A DNA stretch of 52,227 nt from Gonapodya sp. JEL0774 (lineage: Eukaryota). Position numbers and translations under genes: made by a program. The notes beneath the pieces were generated by a model, which saw only the letters and a list, made by a program, of their open reading frames with translations, was not told where the DNA came from and did no database searches. The DNA is taken from positions 62,001-114,227 of the forward strand of contig JADIIX010000070.1 of the NCBI GenBank assembly GCA_027604505.1. The letters are read 5' to 3'. Of the stretch, positions 35,671-48,711 are shown piece after piece. Each line of letters begins with the position of its first letter. Positions within the stretch are counted from its first letter, which is position 1.

Positions 35671-37421
35671 ATGGTTCGACTCAACCGACTTCCGTGGTTC
35701 ATCGTTGTTCTGAAGCTCGCCGCAGGAACGGCATACGCAGCTAAATTCAATGGAACCTCAAATTCATTTCATTGCGCGTTTGTGGAGTATCTGTTTGACC
35801 TCTCGGGTAGAAATCTGAGTTGGACGCGCGGACGATGTTGTTTGGAGGAGGGCATCGATACGAGCTACTCCCCTTCCATATCATGCCATTCAAATGGTTC
35901 GATAACATCAATCCAGCTGGTGCGTTTTCTGCCGTAGTGTGTCGTTCTCTGTCTTGTGCCAAGCTCCGTGCCTGACCTGTCTGTTGTTTATGGTTTGATA
36001 TTGATTGAACGACGGCCAGTCGCGGATGGGCCTCAAGTCCACCGTTCCACCATTGACGTTTATTCCGACTTTGCGCAAAATTTCTCTGTCCATGAATAAC
36101 CTGACAGGATCTTTGCCGTCTTTCCGCGGCTTATCGAATTTGATACACGTGGACGTCACACTGAACCAACTTACCGGACCGATTCCAGACTTTTATGGGA
36201 CAGCAATACAAACACTTTTGCTGGAGGGCAATGCGTTGAGTGGCACTGTCGATTGTCTCATCCCACCGACCGTGACGAATTGCAGTCTCACGCAGATTGC
36301 CCCGAATCTGGTTCGTCTTCCTTCGTCATTTCATTACGTCTTGTGCCTCCCTCATGTAAAATCTCCAGACGACGTGCGGTAACGCATACAATTCCACCCT
36401 CTGCGGGAATGTCAACGTGGAATGCCCATCTCCCATCGCCACACCACCGAGTGGATTTACCTGTCTTTGGCCGCTCGAACCACCTGCACCAGCGGACTTA
36501 CCCACGAATGATGATGGATCCACGTCGAACCTTGCAACTATCGTTGGAGTGGCGGTGGGATACGCCATTGGGGTCGCTGTTTTAGGAGGGTTCATATTGG
36601 GATCTGTGTTGTGGAGGAGATGGGAGAGCGAGGCTGGAGATCCCCCGGAATCGCCGATAGGTTCGTTTTTGCTCACTGCACGTGTCACAGATATTGGCTT
36701 CCTTTGATGCAATCCTTCCATTCCCTACAGTAATGGAGCCTTGGCGACGAAAGGAAAATTCTCTCTCTGACGGTCCACGCATCTCGAACCAGCAAAGGCG
36801 ACAATCGATTCATATACTGGACTCAGCATCGCCTACCACGGTGCCAGAACAATCCCGTCTACGTGCTCACCGAACGTCCCGGTATCGGTCGGCATTGATG
36901 CACGCCATTGTGGACTTTGAGCCCGCAGAAGACGACGAGCTAAGTCTCCATTCACGCGACCCAGTGATCGTGAATCACTGCTTTAAAGATGGATGGGCGT
37001 TTGTGAGTTTATTTCTGATATTGTCCAACAGAGCAGAACCTGGTCTAATCCGCCGTTTCTATATCACTCACCCCAGGGAATCAACTGTACGACGGAGAAG
37101 ATGGGCTTCTTCCCCATGAACCACGTTGCCGACACTCCTCCACAATCGGACTCCCCGGTACCTCCTTCGGTTCCACTCGCCAATGCGCGCGATGACTCAC
37201 GGTCATTCGACGCACCTGCAGTTGGCGAGACCTTCAAAGTCGTTGGCGCAGTTCGAGGATCCCCAGCTTTTGACTCGCAGCAGTATTCCCCGGCAGTGAC
37301 GTATCCTGATGATTGGAGCACTTACGTCGTTGGACAAGGTGGTTCGAGTATCGGAGTTGAAGCGGCTTCACAAACCCAGCAAGGATCAGCGCCTGCAAGA
37401 AGACAGCGAGGCTACGTATGA
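35671..37421 (+). CDS. Receptor-like protein E: signal peptide, plant-type LRR ectodomain, TM, SH3
   Basis: Signal MVRLNRLPWFIVVLKLAAGTAYA; Cys cap CC..ISC..GSITSIQL; LRRs LRKISLSMNNLTGSLP, LIHVDVTLNQLTGPIP, IQTLLLEGNALSGTV; TM LATIVGVAVGYAIGVAVLGGFILGSVLWRR; SH3 AIVDFEPAEDDELSLHSRDPVIVNHCFKDGWAF/GINCTTEKMGFFPMNHV. Confidence 0.85.
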
Positions 37422-37599
37422 TCCTCGGCTCGAGATATCAATGTAGTTGTAAGTGGGGGCCTTGTCATGACATGTTGACATGTGTGGGACACATTGTCAG
37501 AGGGAGATGATTGAACTGACTATTTAACCATTTTTGCTCCACTTCACGTTGAATACATTTGGCTCACTTCATAATCCCAGCGACTAGAAACAATTGTCT

Positions 37600-39831
37600 C
37601 CCATACGTTAGTATCAGCTCCTACACATAAAGTTATGTGCTGGGGAAACAGTACACAAGAGGAGAAGGAAAGGGCAGCGCTCTGCAGCAACTGCCTTCTC
37701 CACAGTCTCTGCTTCCACCAATTCCCCTTCATGGACAATGATGAGCGGTGTTCGCATTCCGGAGATGAGATTACCAAGTACTGCGTCAATTGCCCTCGCG
37801 AGCATGCTTTTCGCATTCGCACCCCTGCCGACAAAAAACATGAGCTTAGCATCTTTGATCTCTCTAGAGAACATCGACGAAAGAAATTTGAGGAGGTAGT
37901 CTCTAGTTTCCGAATTTGGCTGAATTTGAGTCATAACTTCAATAATGCGTGTCTTCACTGCTTCATCATGAGCCAGAGCTGGCACAAAATCATAACCTGT
38001 TGTTATGGTCACATAATCGCTTGGACGCGCATGTCGAAAATAGGGGAGACTTCCAGATACCCAAGCGTCAAGATCTAGCACGCCGTTATTGGACTCCGCT
38101 TCGAATCACGATTTTGTTATGAACTCGGCTTCCTGACGCCAAAAATACAGCGTAGTCTGTCCTAAAACAGAGATCTGTTTGGAAGCATTTCCAACGTCTC
38201 TTCGCACCCCTCTGATTCTCTTAGCCTTTCGCAATTCCTTCTGTTCCTCATAATGTGCATACGCTTGATCAGAATGCTTTCTGAATTCTCCTCTACCGAG
38301 CATTCGACTTGCTGCCTCTGCATGACTGAGGGAGGTCCAGCGACTGTCTTGGAAAAACATCTACAATCCAGTAGAATCAGAGCCCTTCAGATGAACAACG
38401 TCCACCTCCGCGTAGTATTGACGCATAAAACCAGCAATATCTTCACCGTCTCCGTCCAGCGCGCCCAAAGAAACGCCCGGTTCAACTCATCAGAATCGAA
38501 AAACTTCACCCCGTCGTTCCAAAACTCGAGAGGTCCTCCATCGTCATCTTCTACAGCAGCACCAGCTATTAAATTGTTTGTCACATTGTACTGCTGAACG
38601 ACAACAAAGAATTTTCCGAGATTGACATACTTGTCCGTCGGAATCGCAATGCCACTGTTGGCTGGAACTTTGAACCAGCAACCTGCAGTGTCACAGGAAA
38701 TGACTAGTCCCGTACTGCTTGTGGTTGCGCTCAAAGACCCTTTTTGACACTAAATACATGGGTCTTGTCCATAGCATTTCGCTAAAGTACCGTCGAATCC
38801 CTTCGAGTCGGGTTTCAAGGCCATCGTTATGGCATCGTTGCCCGGAACCGCGTATTTCACATGTTCAGCAGCTTCCTTACGGGCGAGCTCCACGAGCTCC
38901 GGATTGACAAAGGGCTTCACAGGGAATAGCTCCCGGCGCACTTGAGTAATATCCTGAGTGATCTTATGAGCGCGCCTCACTTCTTATCTCTGCACTCTCC
39001 ATTGTGACATCGGTGGGACATTTTCACCAGCCACGCTCACAAAAATATACTGTATGTTTCCTTTGTGTGGTGCGTTCTTGAAACAACAGTCCAGCATGTT
39101 GGTTGACACTGCGTGTCCCGTTCCGTCACCAAGCCATTTGGTGCCACCAACATTTCCTGGCATGATGGCGTGAAACTCTGCCAGGAAATCTTTCACTATA
39201 TCAGGCGTGTTCACAGAATCTGGTCCATCGACCTGCATCTGTACTGGATGATGACCAACCCGTTTACTACCACCTGCCCTTTCACGCAGCGCCTTTGCCA
39301 GCCATTCTGACATTTCCTCAAGTTCGCGCTCCCACTGTCATAAGCCGTCCAGCCACGTGTATCGCCGTTGGTCTGGCTCTCCCGGAACCTGAAACGAGCT
39401 CGGTGGCGCAATGATCATCCCACCGTGACCGCGCACATCTGCACAACCACCTAGAAGATCGGATGTGGACTTGATGTCAGCGGGGGTTCGTTCCATCGAA
39501 AGTAGAGATGGCGGCCACCTCGTTGCGACCGAGCGGTCACTGTGTCCGGTTGACTTTAGCCGACATCCTCGAGGAATCGTTCCCAGCCGCTGACGTCATC
39601 AATGTCTAAAACGACTATACCAGAAGCAGGGCCAGTCTGGATCGCGACGGCGTATTTGAGAGGTACGTTCTTCGCTGTGTCCAGATCAAGGGTTTTGCCA
39701 GTTTCGCAGAGGTTGCAGGTCAGCAGGTCTTTCTTGTTACGCTGTTCATTCCAGGAAAGAGATATTGGGAATGCAACCCATTTCAGCTGCCAGTACGGGT
39801 TGAGATTGGCCTGCATTGCAAAAGATCGCAA
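37600..39831 (-). pseudogene. Decayed Prim-Pol plus D5-like SF3 primase-helicase (endogenous viral or Polinton-like relic)
   Basis: Prim-Pol motifs AIQTGPASGIVVLDID, RSQRGGRHLYF, DVRGHGGMIIAPPS; D5-N NNGVLDL..FR..PSDYVTITTGYDF; RDYLLKFLS..KLMFFVGRGANAKS (Walker A). Broken by in-frame stops (e.g. 39556) and frameshifts (e.g. about 39485). No obvious introns. Confidence 0.85.
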
Positions 39832-39855
39832 TAATAATTTAAGTTTTTATTCCAT

Positions 39856-39908
39856 TGGATGGGGATGGGGATGGGAATGGGAATGGGAATGGGATCTGAT
39901 GGGATGCC
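39856..39908. repeat. GGGAT/GGGAAT tandem repeat
   Basis: ggatggggatggggatgggaatgggaatgggaatgggatctgatgggatg immediately upstream of the primase-helicase relic. Confidence 0.8.
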
Positions 39909-40270
39909 ACAACGTGATTTGGAAGCCTGTTACTGCTGATGGGAGATTTGGAATCAACGCTAGATGCATAGTTACACGATGGGTACTCGTTTATTATGAC
40001 CCTTGCTGTATTATTCACACCACCTGACCCAAACACTGTAGAAAATCTCATACGAATTACTCACATTCACAAGGTTCAGACGAAGAGGAATCCAAATCCG
40101 AATCCGGGTCTGGTGTCGGGTCAGGTGTTGAGTCCTTTGAGGCTGTCCTGCAGGATACGTTGTCGGAATCCAACGCCCGTGGGTGACAACGCTCGGGGAG
40201 TTTCTGTCCGTACTCCAACCAATGTATATTGCATTTATACCCCAACCGATGGGGAATCATAAACATCGAT

Positions 40271-42014
40271 ATGAGCGAGCATAACATCACTGGACTAGTT
40301 AAGCCTGGCTTTGAGAAGATCCTCCAGGTGTTTGAGGGAAACTTTACCGACCGAGAGGTTCCTGAGCTTGGGGCGAGTGTCGTTTTCTACTGTGAGTGTG
40401 ATGGCATATTCGACCTACGTAACCGGGCTTGATACCATCGCTCTTACTATCTGCGTAGACAAGGGTGAGAGGGTCGTCGAACTTGTCGGAGGATGGGCCG
40501 ATAGCGCACAGACAATTCCTTATACCAAGGACACTGTACACTGCGTTCATTCAAGTGAGTACGTTTGATGCGACATCGAATATGCACAGATTCAGCTTTT
40601 TCTACTAGGTGGCAAGCCTCTCATGGCCATCGCTATTCTTCATGCCATTTCCCAGGGGCTGGTGGCCTTCGACACTAAGGTAGCAAGCATCTGGCCTGAT
40701 TTTGAGGAGGGCGGGAAAGCCGACGTGACAGTCGGAGATATACTCTCTCACCATGGAGGTGTTTCCTGGGTGGACGAAGATCACGTTCCTTCCCTGCAAG
40801 AGCTCCTCGACCAGGATGCACTAGCTAAGCGTATCGCGGGACAACCACATAATTTTGCAGGCAATCCAGTCAAGTCCTATCATGGAATCACCAGGGGGTG
40901 GTATTTAAACGAAAGTGAGAATTTCAAGCACTGTCTGCTTTTCTGGAGTAACCGTCCACCCTATTTTAGTTCTCCGTAGGACAGGAAAGACCACGGTTGG
41001 CGAACTCATGAGGACCATTGGCTCCAAGCTGGGAGTTCCTATCTTTATCGGCCTTCCAGTGGCAGAGGATCATCGCTGGTGCCCGATTGAGTGGACTGAG
41101 AACTGCAAGGCGCAAATCAAAATCCTTAGGTCCCTCGTCGGATCCCCACCATACAATATGTATATCCAAACTCGAATTCGCGACATTCCGCTTCCTGACG
41201 AGAACGTACTACAATCAAATGTGAGAGAGATCTTGAGGGGACAGACTCCCAGCACTTGGACTTGTACCAACGGATACGGGGTGAGTGTTATCTTATTGAT
41301 ACCTGTGGCTCATATGTATGAGTATACGTTGGGCCAGCTAGCAGCACTGGCCAACATCATGGCCAATGGTGGTAGAGCCCCTGAGATTGATTTCATACTT
41401 GACGAAAAGGTGTATGAGATCGCACACGAGCTTGAGCCTCGTAACCAGGGAGCCCCCGGTGAGTAATCTTCCTTGCAATAGTGTTTATAGACTACCGTTA
41501 TGACGCTTTCGGATAGATCCTGGTTTCGGTTTTCCTATTCGCACAACTAGGGCTGGGTGGGAGAGATCTCGCTCGGGCATGCGAATTCCACACATTTGCT
41601 TGGATGTGACAAAGCCGCCACCAAGACCAACTTACCCTGAAGAGTGGAAGGGCGAGGGTTGGGAATGGGATGGTACGAGCAGCGCTCGATACTTCCTCTC
41701 AAGATTACTGACGTAAAACCTCATCGGTACAGGTTGGTATGGCCTGGGCGGCTCTGCGATTCAGTGGGATCGATCGCGGCAGTGCGCCTATGGCTACGCA
41801 CCAAACCGGCTATACGCTGGTGCGGGGAACAACGACTTAAGGATAGCAAAGTGCGTGTGTGAATAGGATTTTCATTGCCAAGAAGATCATCTGATCATTT
41901 GGTTTCATAAATCGCAGGTTGGCACTGGCATTCGTTGAATGTGTGGATATTATTGAAGGAAGATCATCGCAGGAAGGGATTGAGCGCATTAGGCTCCCGC
42001 ATATGATGAATTAA
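40271..42014 (+). CDS. Beta-lactamase/transpeptidase-like serine hydrolase (class C / esterase family VIII), multi-exon
   Basis: ELGASVVFY..GERVVELVGGWAD; SxxK across an intron (HS/SGK); DTKVASIWPDF..GGKADVTVGDILSHHGG; SYHGITRGWYLNE; GWYGLGGS. Confidence 0.9.
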
Positions 42015-45000
42015 ATACATAGGAGAACCCGGAACGTTATTCATCCGTTTTGCTCAGGCTTGCTCTAATGGAAGAAAGGGGTGTTCATTTAAGTGGGCTA
42101 GTCAATGAACCTGGAGCTGTACCAGGCAATGACTGTTCTGAAGCCTTGCGTGATTGCGTTCGACCACGTTTGGTGACCGCCACGAGAAAGGGTAAATCGT
42201 GGTGAAGGACACGGGGGATGTTGTGTAACACTGACTGATACTTGATCGTCTCGACCATGAGGATTCTGCTTTGCTCCGGCGCTGCACAGGTCCGGTAAGG
42301 TCAGGCTCACTAATGATGCTGAGCTGACGGGTATAACTTGCGTTGTGCCAATTGGGCACTGTCGAGTGCGTGCATCGATTAAAGTTTATGCAGAATTCGG
42401 CAAGTGAGTGCCTTCAGTAGCTTGAAGAATATCGTGTACAACCTCGCCAGTTTCTCCATTGTCCAATTGGCGGAAGCACAAAAGCATACAAGCATCCCTC
42501 GGAGACACGGAAACTATACGAATCGTCCAGCAAACCAGAAAGCGATGGCTATGAAGATATGGCAAAATCCTACCGGAGGCACGGTTTCATATTTGTTTAC
42601 ACTTGGGTCGAAATGATACCGAGACGATTCACATTGCAGCCTGTGTCCATTCTGGTTTGAGATTATTTAGGAATGCCATTACCTTTCATCCGTTTTAACT
42701 TGTGAGTGATCCTCTGGTGATCCGCTTGTCCCGGTTGCAAGTGGCGAGCGAAGGAGTGACATACCTGGGACAGCGTGGAAAAGTGGAGAGGATAAAGAAA
42801 GGTGGTTATTAAGAATGTAACACGTCTGGGTATGTGCCGACGCAAGGTCAGGCGGATTGAGAAACTCCGGGACCTAAATGTGGAGTCGAAATCATCATGT
42901 AATATCCCCCACCACAATCACAAAGCAGCCACCGTGTGCCCACCGGTTGCGACGAGAAAACCCTCAGTATCAATAGGTTCATCCTCATTGTCATCATCCC
43001 GACTCTTGATTATCATGGCCAAAGTTGTGACGGATTTATCGCGGCTAAGTTGGTATTGTAGGACTGAAGGTCATTCGAATCAAAGGAGCTACAGACGGGA
43101 GCAACGCGGTATTTGTGCGGCAAATACGTAAGGGGTGGGGAGGTTTGGGGCCAGACAGAAGTCGGATCGGGACCATCATGAGGAGCATCGGCAATAGATG
43201 CTATTCCGAGGGTGGTAAGAATCCCGCCCTGTGGCGTGGATGGCGAGAAAGTCTGAATCAAAGGGATTTCAGAAATAAACTGCCCCGATCGTCTCCATGT
43301 CCTCGGAGAATGAGGCTGCACATCATCCGTATGCATTCCCCAAAGGTACCCGCCGCTTATGTAACACGAAAGGCAAGGAACACTCAGTCCGGTTGATCCC
43401 TTTCAAGAATGTTCACGTCCAGCAAAAAAGGGAACTTCATCTCACTTGGTGTCCGATTTGTAGCACCGCTTGTGTTCCCACTGACCACTGGTCCTCCCCT
43501 TCACCCTCTTCTGTAAACTCAACAGTCACTCTAATGCAACGGAAAACGCGTTTTGCGTAAATCACGTAGATCCTATCGGCATCTTCAAATACGCCCCTGT
43601 CTCTTATATCTCATTTCCAAGGAACTGAAGAGTTGAGGTCCAGGTGCCAAAACGCACGCGCACTAACGTCCACCGTCAAATTCATCCGTAGTGCTCCTTT
43701 GCTCCAGGTGCCGTGATGTGGGTCACGTGCTGAAAGAGAGGTAGTGAAGGATCGTTTTGATGAATTTGGGGTCCCGCAATTCTGAGGGATGCATTACAAG
43801 ATTACTATAAAACCCGATAAATGGAATGGCAATAAATGATATACCTGAACCCGGTGGCTGAAAAACCTTCCGATTGCGTACTGTCTCGAAAGGATATGAT
43901 TACGAAGCGAGTCTCCACACCAACGCTATCCGTGATATACTTGTCTACTCCCAAGAGAACTCGAATGAATGTGCCATCGCATTTTGGGAGAGAGACGACT
44001 CGGTGGAATGGGGGTTGGACAACGCGAAGCTGGCGTGAAAATTGAGGTAATCGGCCAAGCATCCGACGCAAGCATTAGTCGGAGGCAATAATCGATGATT
44101 TCCGTTTGACAGGGGTGTATGAAAGAGTCCATCACAGAAGCCCCACGAGTCGGCCAAGCAACTCGAGCCCACAGCGAGAGCTGCGATAGCCGGGGCAGAG
44201 TTTCATTGCGGTTCCTGACATTAGAGATTGAAAGGTATATGATCCTTACTTTCGAGTGATCGGGATTGGGATTGGAGCGGGAAGGAGTAACAGCACCTAT
44301 TGAGTGAACCGTGTGATTGCGTGAGTCACAGAACTAAACAGTCCCACTGCACATCGTTTGCATATATTGGATCCAAGCTCATCGTCGGATCCCATAGTAT
44401 CTGAGGCCGCGCTACTGGACATGATTGCCCTCTCGTCACCGCTGACAACAAAGGCCGCAAGGTAGATTCTGTGGACTCCACCACAACATCGTAACCATGG
44501 AAGCGGAAGCGAGCCCGGGTTATCCAACCATTCCAAAACCATCGATTGCATCACGTAGGTTTCCTTGGACGATCGCCGACGACCCGTCGGGATCAGTAGC
44601 GTGAGCAGAATCTCCGGTCTGTTGATTCTTGTTCCCAGTTTCCCCCCTCCACCACATCCTGCACGTACCGGCTATCTTGAAAGTTAAGTGATCGTTTCAA
44701 ACCGTCCTACTACACGTCGCTCTCCTCAGCCGCATCCACCATTCTTTCCTGCCACCTCAAAATGTGAACAGGTGATGCATCCCAACACTCACTCGTTGAC
44801 ACCTTTCTTTGCACTTGTACTCGCGTTCACACCAAAGATCCTACTCGCCGTCCCACTCGCGGTCTCTTATCCCTTGCCGGTCCATCATGACGGTTCCTTT
44901 TCGCTCGCCCAGGTTCCTTCTCCTCCGGAATTCGTTCCTCCCCCTTCCGGCGCAAGGGTCTGGTCCCGTGTCAGTATTCACTTCTCCACTATAACCGTTT

Positions 45001-46493
45001 TGAGCTCTTTTGTGGGTTAAGCCATTTGCAAGCGCGCGAAAAGGAGCTGATCCAGGTGTGTTGGTCCTCGTGTGATTGGTATGGTAGGAACATGAATGAA
45101 CCGAGTACTCACTGTGCCATCGATCCAGTTTACCAATCAGTAATAGGTCGCTGGATCATGTCCATATGCACCAACGCTTCCTCACAAAGCTCACAGTCAG
45201 CAAGAAGAGAGTGACGTGGGTGGCAGGCCACCGCATTGCGGAGAACGCGAAGGATATCTGAAGCATAAGTGTATGGGGCATGTGGGGAATATCGTAAAAT
45301 CGGAGGCGCTACATATCCAAGTAATGTTGCTTCCAATGGCCGTAAAGTCACAGTCATCCCCTTACCCGCGCTCGTCACTAATTACCCCTGATCACACCCT
45401 AACTCTCCATTATGTTGCGATACGGACTCAAATCCTTCCGCGACTAGTGGAGTGCGCCACGTTTACCTTTGGACAATTGAAAGAAGATCGAAAGAAGTTT
45501 CGCAGTCCTTTTTGTGAAAACCGTGTGATATCAATCTTCCGTTCTTCATCTAAAACCGACTTCATCAGGGTTCTGAGTTTGCTTCATCTCTTCATTATTT
45601 GTCTCCTTTTTTTCTGGAAACAAAATAGATGGTGACGAGATCTTCTCAACCTCTATCGCACGATGCAACGCGTGGTGAAGTCAGAGGTTAACTTCAACTT
45701 GTCAGGAACCCAGTAAACGAGTGTATCCTTCTAGTGAAAGAAGCGCGCGCGCATAATTTTGCGAGCCTCTCTTTGCAAATAGGGAGAAGCTACAGAAGTT
45801 TTACTGAAATCCTGAGCGCTCACCGCATCCACCACGGAGTCTATCGTTGCTGCTCTTCCACATGAGTCCACATACTCTTATATTTAATTGCATTTCTCAC
45901 TTTGATTTTGTCGCGTCGTAAAAACTGCCCTGCGTTCCGTGATTCAACTTCAATGGGAGCAAAAGCGTCAGCCGTCAATTTCAGTTTCCCATAACACTCA
46001 CGAGATGGCGCTATCACGAAAAGTGTTTGCTTTGGCTGTACTGATGGCGTCCACTTTATATACAGTAATCTTGTTCATTCAAAACCACAAAATTTACCCA
46101 TTCGCTCATTCTTTGATCCATCTCTTTATTCTCGTCTACTCTGAGTTCGCACCAGCTCATCACCACACCGACGTTACATTTTGCACGTCGACATGGAAAA
46201 TGTTTGGTCCATTACATGCTGGTTCGTGAGTTAGTCGTTCTTACCAACGATCTTGGACCACAATCGTATCTCAAAGATCCTTTCCAATATTTGCTTGTCT
46301 TGGTCAAGCTATGAGGGATTATTGGATTCAGATAGAATGAGACATATAACAACATTGCGGGTGATGTTTCCCACATAATTTCGTCTGGCAAGCATGATGG
46401 GCGATGGCGAGATGACCAGGAATCAATGGTCCATGGAATTGCATTTGGGATCCGTGATTAGGAGCATCAACACTAATTATTCATTTAACAAAA

Positions 46494-47720
46494 CTAAAAT
46501 TTGTGGATAATGTCGCTAGTTGCTGTTTCCACCGGGCCTTGTGATTGGCGTTCGGCTTGTTGTTCGTTCATCAACAGGTACTCTGCAAATGTTACCGTCC
46601 GCGAAGTTTGTCCTTGCCATCGGCAAATACAATGAAACAAAAGCACTTTACTCACTTTTTTTGATATCTTTCCATTTGATTCCCGATTTTGGAATGTTAT
46701 CTTGGGATCGACGCCACTGCTCTTGGTCCTCAACCTCCCCTAGAAAGAGCTCAAAGAACATTTCATCGTGCTCCCCGCACAACCGATGCAGCTCATTTAT
46801 GGCGTCTCGCAGTCGATACCAAGTTTCCTGGTGTCCCCACCCATGCTGGGCTGCCACTCTACGCGCCTCGAGAACAAGCTTCATATGTTGCGCAAAAGTG
46901 ACAACTGTGCAACGTTCCAGGACTTGTGTGAATCTCACTTACCGGGAGTAATCTTTCAGTCCAAATTCTGGCCTGGGCGTCATCATCACCCACACCCGCT
47001 GGCACTGTAGGAGGCGCTGGGTTGCCTCCGTCCGCGTTACAAGAGACATCAGCCTCCCGCTGGGCCTGAAGGAGTGCGAACAAAAGAAAGTGGCCCAGAA
47101 AGCCGCGGTTGCTTCTTCTCCCAAAAATTGTTCCACTTTAGGAACGACAAAGGTGTCTAGATCCTTGACTTCCCAGTTTTCCTCCTCCGTGTCTCTGAAT
47201 GATGCACCATCTTCACTGATCTGAAACTCCAACTTTTCGTCTGTAAGTGCGCGTGCAAATGTTAGTGTCTGGGTGTGTGACTCGGGGCCTATGAATATGT
47301 TGAAGAGGGCACGATTTGGGGGCGTGCACTTCGTTAACTGGATATACTTGAATTGGGGCATCTGCATGGTTGTGATTAGAGACTTGATCTTGGGGCAGAA
47401 CGAGAATTCGCCTGAACTGAGACAATTGTAGTTCGGTGAATGCGATCAGCCGTGTATTGTTCATACGCGAACCCGCTATTCACCCATTAACACTTGTAGC
47501 TACTCCCTACACGTATTTCTGGGCCTCTGGTAGGCATCGTTTAGGTGTGGGAGCGGTTGAAACCATAGTTTTCTGTAGTTTCGATGCTATAGCGGCTCTG
47601 CGCCGCTCCTACATTGCATTTCATGCAGATATTCGTAATTGCCAGGAAATTCCGATCCAGAACGATGGGGGGAACAGGATTCTCATTCGCCTTCTCGCGG
47701 TCCACGCATAATGCGTTGCT
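46494..47720 (-). CDS. Hypothetical protein, possibly degraded; product unknown
   Basis: Several adjacent minus-strand ORFs with globular-looking composition (46939-47367, 46648-46938) and candidate GT donors. No recognisable motif. Confidence 0.3.
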
Positions 47721-48672
47721 GGCCTGTGACCACAGCGAGGTCGTGGTGTTGGTACCGTTACAACCACGGAGAATGATGCAGCAGCACCCGTTCACCCCTC
47801 GACCCTTGCCCCGCCCGGCGCCATGCCGCTCACCGACCCCGGCTCGCGGCGCTCTTTGCAGACCCCGAGTATGAAGTTGACGAAGTGTCGCATGAGTATT
47901 TGTTGCATCACCCCGAGGCAAGGAAGAGGGATGCCAGCATGGGTGGTGTGGGTGCGGGTGGTGGGATGAAGAGGAGAAGGGGGGAGGAGAGTGATGGGAG
48001 AAAGAGGAGGGCAGTAGTGGGAGTGGGAGTGGGGAGGAGGATGGGGAGAGTGAGAGTGGGAGCGAGAGTGAGAGCGGGGAAGATGCCCGATCGACACGCC
48101 GGCGTGCAGGTACGTACAGTAATAATGTCCCCCGTCCACTCCCGTCCCACCCCCAACGCCCGCACCACCCTTAAACCCCCCAGCCGCCGACCAACCCGCT
48201 TCGTCCTCCTCCGCCCCGTCCTCCGCATCCACCATTCCCGCTCGCAGACTGTTTGCGCGTACAGCAGACGACGTCGCATACCCGCTCCAATACATTCAGC
48301 GCGTTGCGCGGTCGTGTGGGGGCAGACAGGTCGGTGACGTTTATGCCCGCTGCGGGGAGGGGGGTGAGGGGCTTGAGGTTGGCGGGGGGACCGAGGCGGA
48401 GAGGCGGGTTTCGAAGAGGGAGAGGGTGAGGTGGGATAGTGCACAGGGCGAGGGGTGCATGGGTGAGATGTGTTGAGCCTGCATAGTTGGACATGGTCTA
48501 CAGAGTGCACCGGGCATTGGTGGGAATTCGATTTTGATTTCTGTACATATATAATATGCAATCACAACATTGAAATAAATAAATAGACATTTTTTAGTTT
48601 TTATGCCAAGTGCCCAGCCGGAATATACACCGACTCCTTGACGACGAGCACCAACACAGGTCCATTTACTGT

Positions 48673-48711
48673 GGAATTGTGCTTTGGATTGTGCTCTGGA
48701 ATTGTGCTCTG
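48673..48711. repeat. Three copies of a tandem repeat of about 13 bp (GGAATTGTGCTCT)
   Basis: ggaattgtgcttt ggattgtgctct ggaattgtgctct. Confidence 0.75.

Noticed and set aside
40271..42014. Antibiotic-resistance beta-lactamase or recent bacterial transfer
   Set aside because: It has multiple spliceosomal introns and belongs to an esterase-like family widespread in fungi; activity cannot be inferred.
44774..45400. Possible small secreted protein (MHPNTHSLTPFFALVLAF...)
   Set aside because: I could not build a consistent spliced ORF or recognise a domain.
47792..48565. Overlapping long ORFs on both strands
   Set aside because: Explained by low-complexity purine/pyrimidine-skewed sequence that lacks stop codons.
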